Source: Hamiltosporidium tvaerminnensis FI-OER-3-3 (lineage: Eukaryota; Fungi; Microsporidia). From it: a DNA stretch of 64,000 nt. Below the pieces are notes generated by a model. That model saw nothing but the letters and a program-made list of their open reading frames with translations. It had not been told where the DNA came from and did not search any database. The stretch's first letter is position 1. Each line of letters starts with the position of its first letter. Shown here piece after piece: positions 1 to 13,099 of the stretch. The stretch covers positions 1,426,001 through 1,490,000 of the forward strand of contig CM061247.1 in NCBI GenBank assembly GCA_022605425.2, in the 5' to 3' direction. The position numbers and the translations under genes were made by a program.

Positions 1-98
1 CTAAGCTTTTTTAACATCAATCCATGTTGCTTTAAGATTGTTTCCATACTCTTATTTAAGGAAATGTTAAATAGAGCCTGCTCTTTCGCTCCTTGCAC
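1..98 (-). mobile_element. Fragment of R4-like non-LTR retrotransposon RT, running off the window edge
   Basis: Reverse complement reads VQGAKEQALFNISLNK..GNNLKATWIDVKKA, matching the RT at ~59565-59665. Confidence 0.85.
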
Positions 99-269
99 AG
101 AAACTAATAAATACAGTTATCATGTGAAACACTATATATGATTAGCAAATAAAGTGTTTGTTATTTAATAAGGTTCTTTCTTGCATAGACGATACAATGC
201 ATGTGGTGTGGAGTTTGATAGGATTTATCTATATATACAGGGTATCGGACATTTTTATCTTATTAGACC

Positions 270-450
270 AGAACTTAGAAGCGGTCTTTAATATTTTAAA
301 TTGTGATTTATGAAATCCGCTTGAAAATCTTTGATTGATGCAAATGAAAAAAAAGTATATATTGTAATTGGGGCAATTTTAAAAGTCAAAAATAATAATA
401 AAACCCATCTTGCATCGATAAAAGACGACCTTAACGTAAAATATATGATA
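270..450 (+). mobile_element. Decayed LINE fragment (post-RT region)
   Basis: gcaattttaaaagtcaaaaataataataaaacccatcttgca matches ~34048-34090; gaacttagaagcggtc resembles 60426-60441. Confidence 0.65.
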
Positions 451-1631
451 GAAAGAAAGTTTGAGGTAGGACTAATAGAGGAATTTTAATGTGTAGTTTT
501 ATATAGCAAAATAGAAATACTAACTAAGTCAAGGCCATGATAAAAATAATAAGCTATTTAATATTATTTTTCCCACAGAAAGGCATAAAAAAGGATGCAT
601 CAGGGTGCTTGATCTATGAGTTTTTTTTTCATATCTCGATATATAAAAGTACTGTTAAGAGTAGAGGGGAGTTCTCCTGTATTTTAATATAAAATGATAA
701 AACAATAAAGTATTTTCCATTTCGATGTAAAATATTACACCAAAATGACTATATCAGACGACATAATAAATGAGTTAGATGCCTACGCTCGTTTATTCTA
801 AATTGATACGAATTTAAGCCTAACAGATGATATAGGAGTCATTCAGTTCAGAAAATTTAGACGACGAGTATGTGATATTTAGGCAGATGCCTTGATCAAA
901 ATCCTCTCAATGCCAGATTAATTGACACGATATGCTTATTTAAGATAAAGCCTAAATATAAAAACGCTGGTTTAGGCGGAACTACACCCAAGATTTACTT
1001 CAAATTTCGAAACTAAAAAGTTTAGAATCTATTGTTTTTAATCCAATAATTTATGTCTTGTTTATACGATTAGTATTGAGACAATCTTCTTTTGATAATC
1101 TAGGTGGTGTTGAGAAAAATACCATAATAAATACTTTAAAAAGACTTCTGATACTTATGAAAAAAAAGACATACAATCAGTTCATACAGCTCAAAAAGAC
1201 AAACGAAACAGTTTCCTTTGATCTACCTATAAATCTTGAACAAATACCCAGGATTTTAGGAATGAATATTTCTTATTCAATACGATGAAATGATAGCAGA
1301 ACGTCTATACACGTTTAAAAATTTTTATGAACGAATAAAACAATATTTTCTAAAAAAATCTGCAAAATATTGGCCTTAAGATATAATTTGTATGTTTAAT
1401 TACGATATAACATATCTATATAAAGGTATCAAATATAAAAAAATTTCAAATAGACCAAGGAAAGAAGTAGAAAAAAATAATCACCGAGTAATTTATCCAG
1501 AATTGAATAAATTTATTTCGAATCGAAATTATTTGCAAAATTATAAATTTTTAATTTTTTCGTTACAAATTGAAACAACTAGAAAAAATAATTAAAAAAG
1601 GGTCAAAATTTATTTTAATCCAAGTCTAAAT

Positions 1632-2874
1632 CTATTCTTCGGCTTGATAATTTTCGTTTCTATAAAAGAAATCAAGATACTCTATTCTATCTAATTGTGT
1701 CATGAATTGAATTGGTTTGAGAGTTCGATCGGATTCTACATATAAAAATCTTTTTTTTGTAATTTGTTTGAAGCCCAGGTCTAGGTTACTGTGCGAATCG
1801 CGATTTTCAGTAAGATTTAATTTTTTAGCTTTACTAGTATAGCGTAGCGATGTTAGTATATGACAACAACAAAGAATTTCTACCGCTCTTTTACTTTTTA
1901 TGTTAATCGTTAATTTTTTATCTTTTTTGATTATAGATCCGGTTTCTGTCTCTATCGTGAAGTCTTCTAATTTCCCAAAGCAAAACATTTTATCATATAA
2001 GAAATCAAAATATGCTGATAAAAGCAAACTTTCAACAGAAGGTCTGTTCATCGGATTATATTCAATACATTCTAAAAACATATTATTAGATTCACTATCT
2101 GAAATGGGTATAAAGGTTTCAAATTTATAATTAAATTCTTGAAATATGAAATAAGTTAAAATACCAAATGAATATATATCAGACTTCTCATCATATTCTA
2201 TAGATTGTTTTAATTCGGGTGAATATACTTCGTATTCTTCAAGTGCAGACGGAGAAATATTATTGAAAGGAAAATCTAATCTTGATTTATAGCAAGCCAA
2301 TCCAAAATCACAAATTTTTATATTTAAATTTTCGTCTATTAAAATATTGTTGTTTTTTAAATCATTATGAATAATTTTATTTAGTTTTAAATAATATAAT
2401 GCATCTATAATCTGTTTAATAATGATTTTTTTATCGAAAATCGATAGAAAGTTTCTTTTAACGTATCCCAACAGATCATATTCAAAAAAATCCATTTCTA
2501 AATAATAAAAAAACCTGTTAGAAAATAATCTTCCGGATATAATATTCGGGTGATTTAATTTTTCTAGAATAGATATTTCGTTCATTATTTGTGCAAAGAG
2601 AAATGGTTCTTTGATAAAGACTTTCAAGGCAATGGGTTTTACCAAAGAGAAACGCGATGCTTTAAATAGTTTCCCATATGTACCTTCGATAATGAATCCA
2701 ATATCATAATAGTAATCTTCATTTAATATGGCAACTATTTGTCTGATCTGTTCTTGTTTTAATGTTTCATTACTATCTATCTTCACTGTCCTCTGAAAAA
2801 TATATTGACGCGCAGTAGGTTTTGATCAACAGAATAACCAATAATATCCCAAAATTTGACGAAAAACACTTCAT
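1632..2874 (-). CDS. Ser/Thr protein kinase, secreted-type paralog 1, with a 1-nt frameshift near 2786 (pseudogene or assembly error)
   Basis: GTYG loop, IALK, HNDLKNNN, DFG and SPE motifs in ORF 1632-2786, which starts at GTG. An upstream ATG at 2874, preceded by CCC, encodes the signal-peptide-like MKCFSSNFGILLVILLIKTYC in a frame offset by 1. Confidence 0.8.
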
Positions 2875-5800
2875 TTTTGTGGGTAAATTGTACTGGCAAA
2901 TATATATGTAAAAATCGCTTATCTTATCAGGGTTATCTAAACTATTTTGAGGAAAAAATATTTTATCAACAATTTAATATAGATATGAAAGATTTTTTTG
3001 AAAATAATATACAATCTATTAAATTTATGATGTGTGAAATTCAGAAGAATTTTTGTTTCAAAAAGCTTAATAAGATTTTATGATTCTTTTTCTATGATTT
3101 TCGTTCTTGAATCAAAAAAATTACTATAGGAAAAATAGTTCCGATTAAAATGAGATTATTATTACCGTATAACATACGTAATATGGTTTTATCAAAAACA
3201 TAGAGATAGAGGGATATAAAATTGACCGAATCTATACGATAAAAAACATTATTTTTTGCAGTGAAGAAATCATTTCGTTTAGGAGAACTAACAAAAACAA
3301 ACTATTTTATGTCTGTAATTTTAGCTTTGCTTTTTTTGTAAATTATTTAATTTTATGTTAAATTTAGGCGTTTGAAATATCTTATTCCGAAGGAAGATAG
3401 TCATTTTACTGGTTAGTATCTCTGTATATTTCTATTTGCCTATGAAGCTGTATAAGAAATACAAGCTTGAAATAAAGATCAAGACAAGAAATGCCTATTC
3501 TAGATGTTTGTGTCGTGATGGAAGAATCCAACTTTCTTTTTTTATCGCTTTAGCTATTTTACACATTACTAAATCATATCCTTAATTCTACTAAAAGCAT
3601 TCAATACTTTGGTTTTTTGTTAAGTCTTGGCGCTACATACATCAGTGAATATTTAGACATTCTTAATAGGCTTTGGAAATGTGCTATAAATAACGAATAA
3701 GCTAATATTGCCTCATGTTTATTATAGGAACGATTACGTATCTTTTTTAGAAACATTAGAATGTGCATAAATTTTATTAAATTATTCAAGTTATTAAGTA
3801 GAATGGATCTAGTTGTATAGTTGATAAATTTAAAAGAATTCAGAATCAAAGTTTATGTTTATTAAAAATCGAGGTTTTACTATAAGATAAGCAAATAAAT
3901 CCAGTAAAATACTATTGTGTAATAATATGTCTCTAACACAAATTTTGGACTGTAAATATGAATAAAATAGAAAAATAGTTCCCAAGCGTTACCCGAAGAA
4001 AAGACAAGTATTTTTCTTCTAAAACCGAGATAGCAGAAACGCGAATGAAGAATAAAAAAATTGACTTTTATTTATAAATTATTTTCCTTTTTTAAGAGAA
4101 AAAAACATTTTTTTGTATATAGATATTTGCAAAGTGTTTAACGATGTGAAAAACTGTACTTCATGATAAAATTAAATATGTAAACCAATAATATAAAAGA
4201 ACTTACTGCAGAAGAAGAAACCTAAAAAAAATCAGCGACAAAATGAAAACAAAGCAGATTTAACAATAGTAGACAGGGAAGTGTATTTTGTGTAAAAATA
4301 CAAGTTACAAAACTTGATTTTGGATTTCATAGAATGTAAATAGGTGTTAAAATCATCAAATTTTAATTATTTTTTTTCTTAAATCGAAAATCCTAATGAG
4401 TAATTCTATTTTTTAAAACTCTTTTGACATCTTTTAGAATTATGATTCGGACTAGAAAGTCTTGTACAAACACTTAAGAATAATTAGAAAATACATAAAG
4501 TCATTTTACTGTTCTTGTTAGAAGGCTATAAAATATTAGATTTCAATGATAAATCTGATGTTTATTTTTCATTAAGAACATCGATTTTATAATTTTAATT
4601 TTAAATAAGAACAATATTTTGGTAATTATACAATTTTTATCAACATAGTTTCTAGAACAACAAAAAGATACATAAAAAAAGTGTTACTGGCTGATTGGTT
4701 CTTTTTAGAACATAAAAACAGTTTAACTGTTTTCAGCTTTGAAAAGCCAAGACTTTCTTTGCTACTTATATGTTTCTATATGTAAATTTACCAAAATCAC
4801 TATCTAAAAATTATAGTTCTAGTTCAAATAAAATACAGAAAACAAAATAAAATACTCAAAATAGAGTCAAGCTAAGTATAGAATATTGATACTAAACTAT
4901 TACTTGAAAGGTATACACAAAAATAATTACTTAAAATATGGCTTGTAGGAAAAAAAAATCGCAGTGTGTATAACATTTATTCTTTAAAACAAGACGCAAT
5001 CAAGAATTCGGATTTATATTTTTTTTATGCCAATAAACATTTTCATGAATACTTAATTTTGGTTTCATTAAGATTCATCCTTAAAAAAGCAGCTAAAAGG
5101 TCTTGAGTTCTTAGAATCAATTTCTAAACATTTTTTTACAAACATATAAATTTGCTATAATTGTGCTTTTTTACTTGAATGATAAACCATAATGTTTAAT
5201 TTCCCGATATTTGGAGGGTTCGGTATAACTCACATTATATAACCGTCAAAATATAGAATATTCATAATTAAAAATTGCTTTTTAAAACATGGGATCTGAT
5301 TTTCTTTACTGAACTATAAAAACTAAAGATTTTTGTGGTATAATAATGCAACAAACATACAAGTATAATTCTAATGAAAAAAAAATCAATCCTTAAACCG
5401 TTTATGATCATTATTATGTGTAGCTTCTAGAAAATTTTACATTTAATTGTATACCTCAATGCTAAAAACTGTAAGAAATAATTCATTTTTTGAATTCAAG
5501 ACTATTTACGACATATTATTTAAATACATAGCATCATATTTACAAAATCATTAGATATAGCCAGGAAAATTCTAATTGTCTAGGCAAGAAAAAGCAAAGG
5601 CACAATTTCGTTTTTAAAAACGATTTTTTCGGTTTTAGATAATTAAAGATAACTTGTCGTAGAATGCTCAGAATTTAAAGAATAATTAACAGAACAAAAA
5701 AACCAACAAATGAATAATATGAAATAGTTTAAATTTCTATCTTAGATACTTTTTTTGTGAATCTGACAATTAAAGATTACTTTTAACAATAATATGGTTT

Positions 5801-5944
5801 TTATATCGTTATATTAATATGCTAAAGACATTGACGTTATATTATTGTCTGGGAAAATCGGGTTTCTGCTAAAACAACCTATTTTGTTCAAATGAATAAA
5901 AAAATACATTTAAATCGCATGTTTATATTTTAGACTAAAATATC

Positions 5945-6665
5945 TTTTTCAAAAGTATCACCTCATTTTTAAAATAGTGGCATAATTTATTTTTGCTTTT
6001 ATGACTTAAAAGTACTTCTAGCTTTTAAATCAAACTGCCCCAAAGACTGTATCAATATCCCCCACAATACCTACCTCTCATGGCTTTTAATCTACCAGGT
6101 GGGTAAAACCTAATTAATAGGCGAGGCAGTTGGCCGGAATTCGTTAATTTCCTGCTGCATGGAGTGTGATTGAAGGCCGAAGCTCCCCTGGGCTCCCCCA
6201 TGACTATGCAGCATTCCCACTTACTCTACACTTTCCGAATCTGATAAACTTCTAGCTAAGATTTATTTTAAAGACTTATATAGGGTCTACATAGACAGCG
6301 CAATGAAATACAACAGGTATATCCTGCTACTTAGCTCGTCCGGCTTACAACGATTTTATTTTTTATATCTCCCAGGCGCTAAGTATTCTTACCCGAGTAA
6401 TCAAGGCTAGGTTCCTATGCTTTATCATGACAATTACCTACATGTTTGGTTGAATTTGCAATCTATTTATATAAAAACTACATAATATATTTTTAGAAAA
6501 AGTTTCGCCATTTCGTAGATCTCTCCTCCTCATAACAACTCCTATAGAACAACCGAAGATGTAGTGTGGTTTTATTCCCACCAAAAATCCAAACAATGAT
6601 CTCACACCAAGTTCACACTCTCGTTGCCAAACAGAAAGTTTTTTATGATGTTATCCTCTCTCCAC
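5945..6665 (-). mobile_element. ~730 bp SINE-like element, copy A (subfamily 2, diverged)
   Basis: Colinear with the copies at 9.8, 24.3, 29.9, 36.1 and 57.2 kb. No clear TSD. Confidence 0.85.
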
Positions 6666-8397
6666 TGCTGCCAATTATATATATAATATTTACTTATTAC
6701 TATTTATGAAATATTAATAAAAATTTAAAATTTTTTTGTGTGAACTTACAAAATTTTATTTGATATTTTTCGTCTTTGTTAAAAACGTTGATATATTTAG
6801 AATAATTACAGATATATATCGATTTGACACATCTAAAAGCATTACAAACCAATGCAGATTAAATTTTATAATTAGATTGAATCTTTAACGATTTCAATAT
6901 CATTTATTGAAATTTTTACAAATTTGAAATAAAAGTTTGAAGGATTCAAAAAACGAAATCAATAATTTTTTGTTACTGTGATTAGAATTTTGTAAACATT
7001 ATATTATAATCGTCATTTTCATTTATATGTAGTTAAGACTATTCATTCTTGTATTTTACTAATAAAAATTAAATATTTGAAGAGACGAGGGCTATTTATT
7101 TTCAAAGCTTCACATATGTATATGATCTAATATTTTTCTTTAACATTGTAAATATTTTTTTTTCATATAGGTTTTCAATGATATATAAATTGAGCCAGCG
7201 TCAAATCTGCGAAAAGCTTAAATAATTTTTTAAATGAATTTGGATTAGAATTCTTTTATTAACTGCATTAAAAACTTCATCGGAAAAGTTCCAAACTTAG
7301 CATATTAGAAAAATTATCTATTATTTTCTTATTTGTATTCATACAGTTTCGTTACCAGTAATTCATGATAAAAGAATAAATCTCGACCTTTCTATGATCG
7401 AGTAAAATGCCCCTACGGCGGCGACGAATTACCTCAAATGGTTATAAGTTTTGGATTTACGACACCAATAATAGTGCGCTGATTAGGAATATGACACTTA
7501 TGATTCTTTCATAAATCTTACACACCCAATAATTGTGTGTAGAAGTAGAAAATGAAACAATTTAAAAGGTTTGATTAGCTATAAAAATATTTGCACCAAA
7601 TATTCTTAAAAAATTTTTTTACTTGTTTTATTGAATCATAAAAGAAGCATTTATATCTATATGTTGTTCTTATAGTTTTGATTTTTACTATAGGATTCAA
7701 TGTAATAAATTTAGAATGATTTTTAAGCTTTTTTTTATTAAAACATAAACAAATATATGCTATGATTAATGTTGCTTGTTTTTCACAGTGTAATTTATTT
7801 ATATCCTTAATTATAATTGCATAACAGATTTTGTTTGGATAGTCCCATGAATTTTCATAACTGATTGAATTAAAATATTTTTTAAATATTATCTTGAGAG
7901 TTATATACCGATGAATTCACCTATGCAACAATCAGAAAAAAACCTTTTTTTAAAACAAAGAAAATGTTTCAGGAATACTCCACGAGAAAGAACGCAAAAT
8001 GTGATTAAAATAGATAGTAAACAGAAAAATAAACGTAGATGCTGTGATAAAGCTCTGAAAATATTGAAGGCATGGAAATCAGCAGAGGAAAATATCTAAA
8101 GTAGAAAAGATCCTGAATTTTTATTAAGACCGTACCCAGGGTCTCTAAAATTGCAGATATGAAATGCTACTAAAATACACAGGTAAACAGATCAGGCAAG
8201 GGTATTAAGACCAAACTGAAAATATTTAAAATTATAGCGCAGCTAATTAAGTTTAAGAAGATAATGAACTTTATTTTTACTTTTTTCTTATGTAAATTCA
8301 AATTTATTTCAAGAAACTTAAAAGCTGCTTTAGTATATTCTACCAGCTTTTTATCAAATAATTAATTTCGGATGTTTTTTCTACAATTTATTTGAGG

Positions 8398-9624
8398 CTA
8401 ATTAGAAATTTCGCATTCTGCTTGATATTTTTTGTTTCTATAAAAGAAATCAAGATACTCTATTCTATCTAATTGAGGCATGAATTGAATGGGCTTAAAA
8501 ATACCATCAGATTCTACATATAGAAATCTTTTGGTTGTAATTTGATTAAAAGAATTATTATTTGCGGATCTACAATTTTCTTTGAGATTTAATTCTTTGG
8601 ACATGCTAATGTACAATGGGGATGTCAAAATGTGACAGCAACAGTAAACATCAACAGTTGCTTTATTTTTTATATTAATTCCTAATGTTTTATCATGTTT
8701 AATTATAGAACAGAATCCGGTTTCAATTATAAAATCTTTTAATTTTCCAAAACAAAACATTTCTTCGTATAAAAAATCAAAATATCTAGACAAAAGCAAA
8801 CTATCAGCAGATGGTCTGTTTTTTGGATCCAATTCCTTACATTTCAAAAACATATTATGGGATTCAGTATCGGTAATAGGCTTGTACGTCTCAAATTTAT
8901 AATTTATTTCATTGAATATGAAATAAACTAAAATACCAAATGAATATATATCGGATTTTTCGTCATATTCAATGGATTTTTTGAATTCAGGAGAATAAAA
9001 TTCAAATTTTTCAAGAATTGATAGTGAAAATTTTTTAAGAGGAAATATCAAATTTTCTTTTTTACAAGCGAACCCGAAATCGCAAATTTTTATGTTTAAT
9101 TTTTTATCTATTAAAATATTATTATTTTTTAAATCGTTATGAATCACATTATTACTTTTCAGATAAAACAATGCATCTAAAACCTGTTTTAAAATCATTT
9201 TTTTGTCGTTAATTGATAAAAAGAATGCGCGAACATACCTGAAGAGGTCAAATTCATAGAAATCCATTTCTAAATAATAGAAATAATTATTACAAAATAA
9301 TTTTCCTGATATAATATTTGGATGATTTAACTTTTCTAAAAAAGATATTTCCTTCATGATATCATTGAAAGAAAAAAATTCATCGGTATAGACCTTCAGA
9401 GCAACAAAATTGGGATGTGATAAGTGTCTGGCCCTAAATATTTTTCCATATCCCCCTTCTATAATAAATTTGATGTCAATATAATATTCTTCATATAGTA
9501 TCGTAACTATTTCTTTAATCTGTACCTGTTTTCTTTCTTCTTTATTTTCTTTAGAAATTGCATGATATGAATTTGAAGTGCAATAAATTTGAATTAACAG
9601 AGTTATCAATATAATTTCATTCAT
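8398..9624 (-). CDS. Ser/Thr protein kinase with N-terminal signal peptide, paralog 2, intact
   Basis: MNEIILITLLIQIYC hydrophobic leader; GGYG, VALK, HNDLKNNN, DFG, SPE motifs; C-terminal CCCHILTS domain shared with the paralogs. Confidence 0.9.
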   Translation of the reverse strand: MNEIILITLLIQIYCTSNSYHAISKENKEERKQVQIKEIVTILYEEYYIDIKFIIEGGYGKIFRARHLSHPNFVALKVYTDEFFSFNDIMKEISFLEKLNHPNIISGKLFCNNYFYYLEMDFYEFDLFRYVRAFFLSINDKKMILKQVLDALFYLKSNNVIHNDLKNNNILIDKKLNIKICDFGFACKKENLIFPLKKFSLSILEKFEFYSPEFKKSIEYDEKSDIYSFGILVYFIFNEINYKFETYKPITDTESHNMFLKCKELDPKNRPSADSLLLSRYFDFLYEEMFCFGKLKDFIIETGFCSIIKHDKTLGINIKNKATVDVYCCCHILTSPLYISMSKELNLKENCRSANNNSFNQITTKRFLYVESDGIFKPIQFMPQLDRIEYLDFFYRNKKYQAECEISN

Positions 9625-9819
9625 TGAACTGAAGTATCCCTTAAAGGGTTTATTTAGTTTATAAATATAATTGTAAAAAATCGAATATAATATTTTTATC
9701 AGGGCACTAAATTATTTCGGAACGCCAAAACTATCATAGTATCAAAATTAAACTGGACTTTTGATGAAGTCCGGATTGATTTTTTAGAATTTTTCCCTTA
9801 AATTATGAATACGTTATTT

Positions 9820-10538
9820 TTTACTAAAAAATATCAGATTTTTAAAACAGTGGCATAATTTATTTTTTCTTTTATGATGTTAACGAAGTTCTAGGTTTTA
9901 AATCAAACTAACCTCAAAGACTGTATCAATATTTCCCACGATACCTACTTCTCAAGGCTTTCATCTACCGGGTGTCTAGAACCTAATTAATAGGCGAGGC
10001 AGTTGCCCGGAGTTCGTTAATGTCCGTTGCATGGAGTGTGATCGAAGGCCGAAGCCCACTGGGCTTCCCTAAGACTATGCAGCATTTCCACTTACTCTAC
10101 ACATTCTGAATCCGATAAACTTCTAGCAAATATATATTTCTGAGAGTTACATGGGGTCCACCTAGACAGTGCAATGTCATACATCAGGTATAACCTGCTA
10201 CTTAGCTCTCCCGGTTTTTAATGGTCTTAATTTTTATATCTCCCAGGCGCTAAGTCTTCTAACCCGAGTGAGCAAGGCTAGGTTTGCATGCTTTTACATG
10301 GCAATTACCTACATGTTCAGCTGCGGTCTGCAATCTGGTTACATAAAAAACTACAAATAAATTTGTAGAAAAAGTTTCTCCATTTCGTAGACCTTTCCTC
10401 CTCATAACAACTCCTATGGAACAACCGAAGATGTAGTGTGGTTTTATTCCCACCAAAAATCCAAACAATAACCTCACACCAGTTTCACACACTCATTGCC
10501 AAGCAGAAAGTTTTTTATGTGGTTATCCTCCCTCCACC
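9820..10538 (-). mobile_element. ~730 bp SINE-like element, copy B (subfamily 2)
   Basis: High identity to copy D. Only a weak TATTTT flanking repeat. Confidence 0.9.
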
Positions 10539-12489
10539 TATTTTCTTAATTAATTGTAAAATAAATTATTATTAAAATATTATTTCGAACTTTTCGACAT
10601 TTAATTTAAATAATAAAACATTATTCTACCTAATAAATGCAGAATTGCTTCTATAAGTGCTTTTGTGTATAAAATCCGTTAAAAACATTCAAATTATACA
10701 ATGATAAAAACCATTAAGAGTTATAAAAAAATTTAGACTAATAGATCCACTATGTTTAGCTTTATATAAAATTAATTAATATTACAGTCATCTGTGTTCA
10801 AATTGCTTTACAAGATACTCTTTAAATCATTTAAACGGAACAAAAATACAAGTTATAAGATATAGTGTTGTTTGCTTAAAAGTTTAATATAGGAATAACT
10901 CAAAATTTGAAATATGGAATGGTATTGTAAACACATATAATAAGTGTTCTTATAAGAGCTAAAAATACCAGTAAGGTTATGAGCATATAATTGTAAGCGC
11001 CGTAAAAAATTGGAATCATTTCTCAAATCGAACGAAATTTACTGCGATACAAAATGTAGATGAAGATTTAGAAAAAAAGTCACACTGTCTTGTATATCAA
11101 GCCAATGCAAAGTATAAGCCCATTCCCATAATAATATTTCGCCAATCAGTAAAAAATTGTAGAGCAAGAAAATATCAAAATTTTGAATTTTGACCTGCGG
11201 ATAATTTGCTAAATTATTAGCATTGGTTCGAAATCTAGAAAAAGAGCAAATTTAGACTAAAGAATTAGTAAAGCAGGGAAAAGAAGTAGAATATGCTAAC
11301 AATATATAATAGGATGCATAGTATGGATAAATTTTATTATATTAAAACGTATTGTTTTGAAACCGTTATAGAAAATATAATTTACTGCAAATTGCATATA
11401 GAAGAGATATAATTTTTAAATTTTATAGAAACAAAAAAATTAGCCTAGAGTGTGCAAAGGAAGTAAAATAACAATTATAAAATCAAAAAGGCTTTATAAT
11501 GTATAATTATAATTTGCTGCTATATACTGTTTAATAAAAATATAAATGAGAACGTGTGGATATCAAAAATCACGGGTTCCGTAAAACCATATGATGATTT
11601 TTGCTTTTCGAGATATTTAATAAGTTTCATAGAGGATACTTCGTTTAACATATTTTTAGAAAACTGATGTAATGAAAGGCATATCTTTCAATTATTTGTT
11701 TCATGTATATTTAAATCGATAAAACTAATTCATAATTTTTTTAAATAATCAAAAATTCTATAAAATCGCAACAAACTATAATCAAATATTTTTAACGACT
11801 AAAAATTTGCGAATATTTTCATCTAATGCGCAAAACCGCTATCAATAAATTATTGTTCATAAGATATAATTATGGGTTGAGAGTGGTTGACCAAATAAAA
11901 ATTTCTGTTTGGTAACGAATGTGTACAATTCGTATTAGAATCATGGCTGCTGTTGTGGTGAGATAATGTCCACACACAATCTTTAAGTCAATCCCTTATA
12001 ATCGCGAGTTACAACTGATTAGAAGAAACAAATGGATGTTTTTTATTTATTCACCTTCGACACTACGAGTTAAAATAGGAATAGAATAAGAAGTAGATAA
12101 TTAATTCTTCTAAAATATCAAAATTTTCTATTCTATTTAAATCATTTATGTATAAAATGCATGATACATAGAAGTGTAAATTAAATTTTGAGTCACAAAT
12201 CCTGCTTGATTTTGCTAGATATTCAGAATTAAAACTTCACTTTCTAAGTCTAATTTTACAGATGATCTGATTCAAACAGAAAAAGCGATGTCTTCTGCAA
12301 CTTATAAAACAGTACTGAAAAATCCAATATATTGATATTTTTAATAGAATATTATGAATTCAGTACATCTAAAATAAGGTCACAAATGCAAAAATTCAAG
12401 TAGAAAACTTCTAGATTCTCTAATTTAAATATTTCATTCAACCCAGTTAGACAAATCATAAAATTTTTCAAATATACCAATATTTAAAG

Positions 12490-12706
12490 CCGCGGTTCAA
12501 AACCGGGGGTGCGGGAACGTATTCTTGAGTGTTACAGAAGCCCAGTCAAAACTTCAAGCCCAAAATTAAATTCTGATTATAGTTGTTTTGTAACAAAATA
12601 GAACAACAAATTTGCAAAAAATCGAAACACTTTTTCATTGGGAGTTACTTAGACCAATTTTCAGATTTAAAGAAATGCGGCTCACTTAAAAGGCTAAAAA
12701 CCACTG
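12490..12706. mobile_element. hAT-type MITE (217 bp)
   Basis: Imperfect TIRs CCGCGGTTCAAAACC and CAGTGGTTTTTAGCC (reverse complement of the right end); 8-bp TSD ATTTAAAG (12482-12489) / CTTTAAAG (12707-12714). Confidence 0.65.
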
Positions 12707-13099
12707 CTTTAAAGTATTAGAGCCGGAATAAGCGTTTTCTTAATGTAAAATCTTAATTACTGGCTTTCTAAATTAAAAATTTTAAAAAAATGTGTTTTTT
12801 ACATAAAGAAAAATCTACATTTGCTCAAATATTTTATTTATTCAATAGTCTTTAATAAAAAAAAGATTCTAACTTTTCTTCTGTATCATATTCTGTAATT
12901 ATCGTTTTATGTATATATTTTCGAATATTTTCCAGAACCACAATTATTTTTTGAATATCAAACCTCAAAATGATATATATGTTAGGTTGTACACACTTAA
13001 ATACATTATTCACTTCAATTCTTTTTGAACCTTTTTTAATTTAAGAAATGTATATAAGACGAAAAACAGCAAAAACAAATAAAAAATATTAAGAAGTTA

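Noticed and set aside
2776-2790. Micro-intron explaining the kinase 1 frameshift
   Set aside because: The frame-restoring GT..AG candidate is about 10 nt with no branch point; an indel is more plausible.
600-5900. Possible decayed LRR or other multigene remnants; similar impressions at 10.8-11.7, 28-29.7 and 62.3-63.7 kb
   Set aside because: No motif I can anchor by eye; needs TBLASTN or BLASTX.
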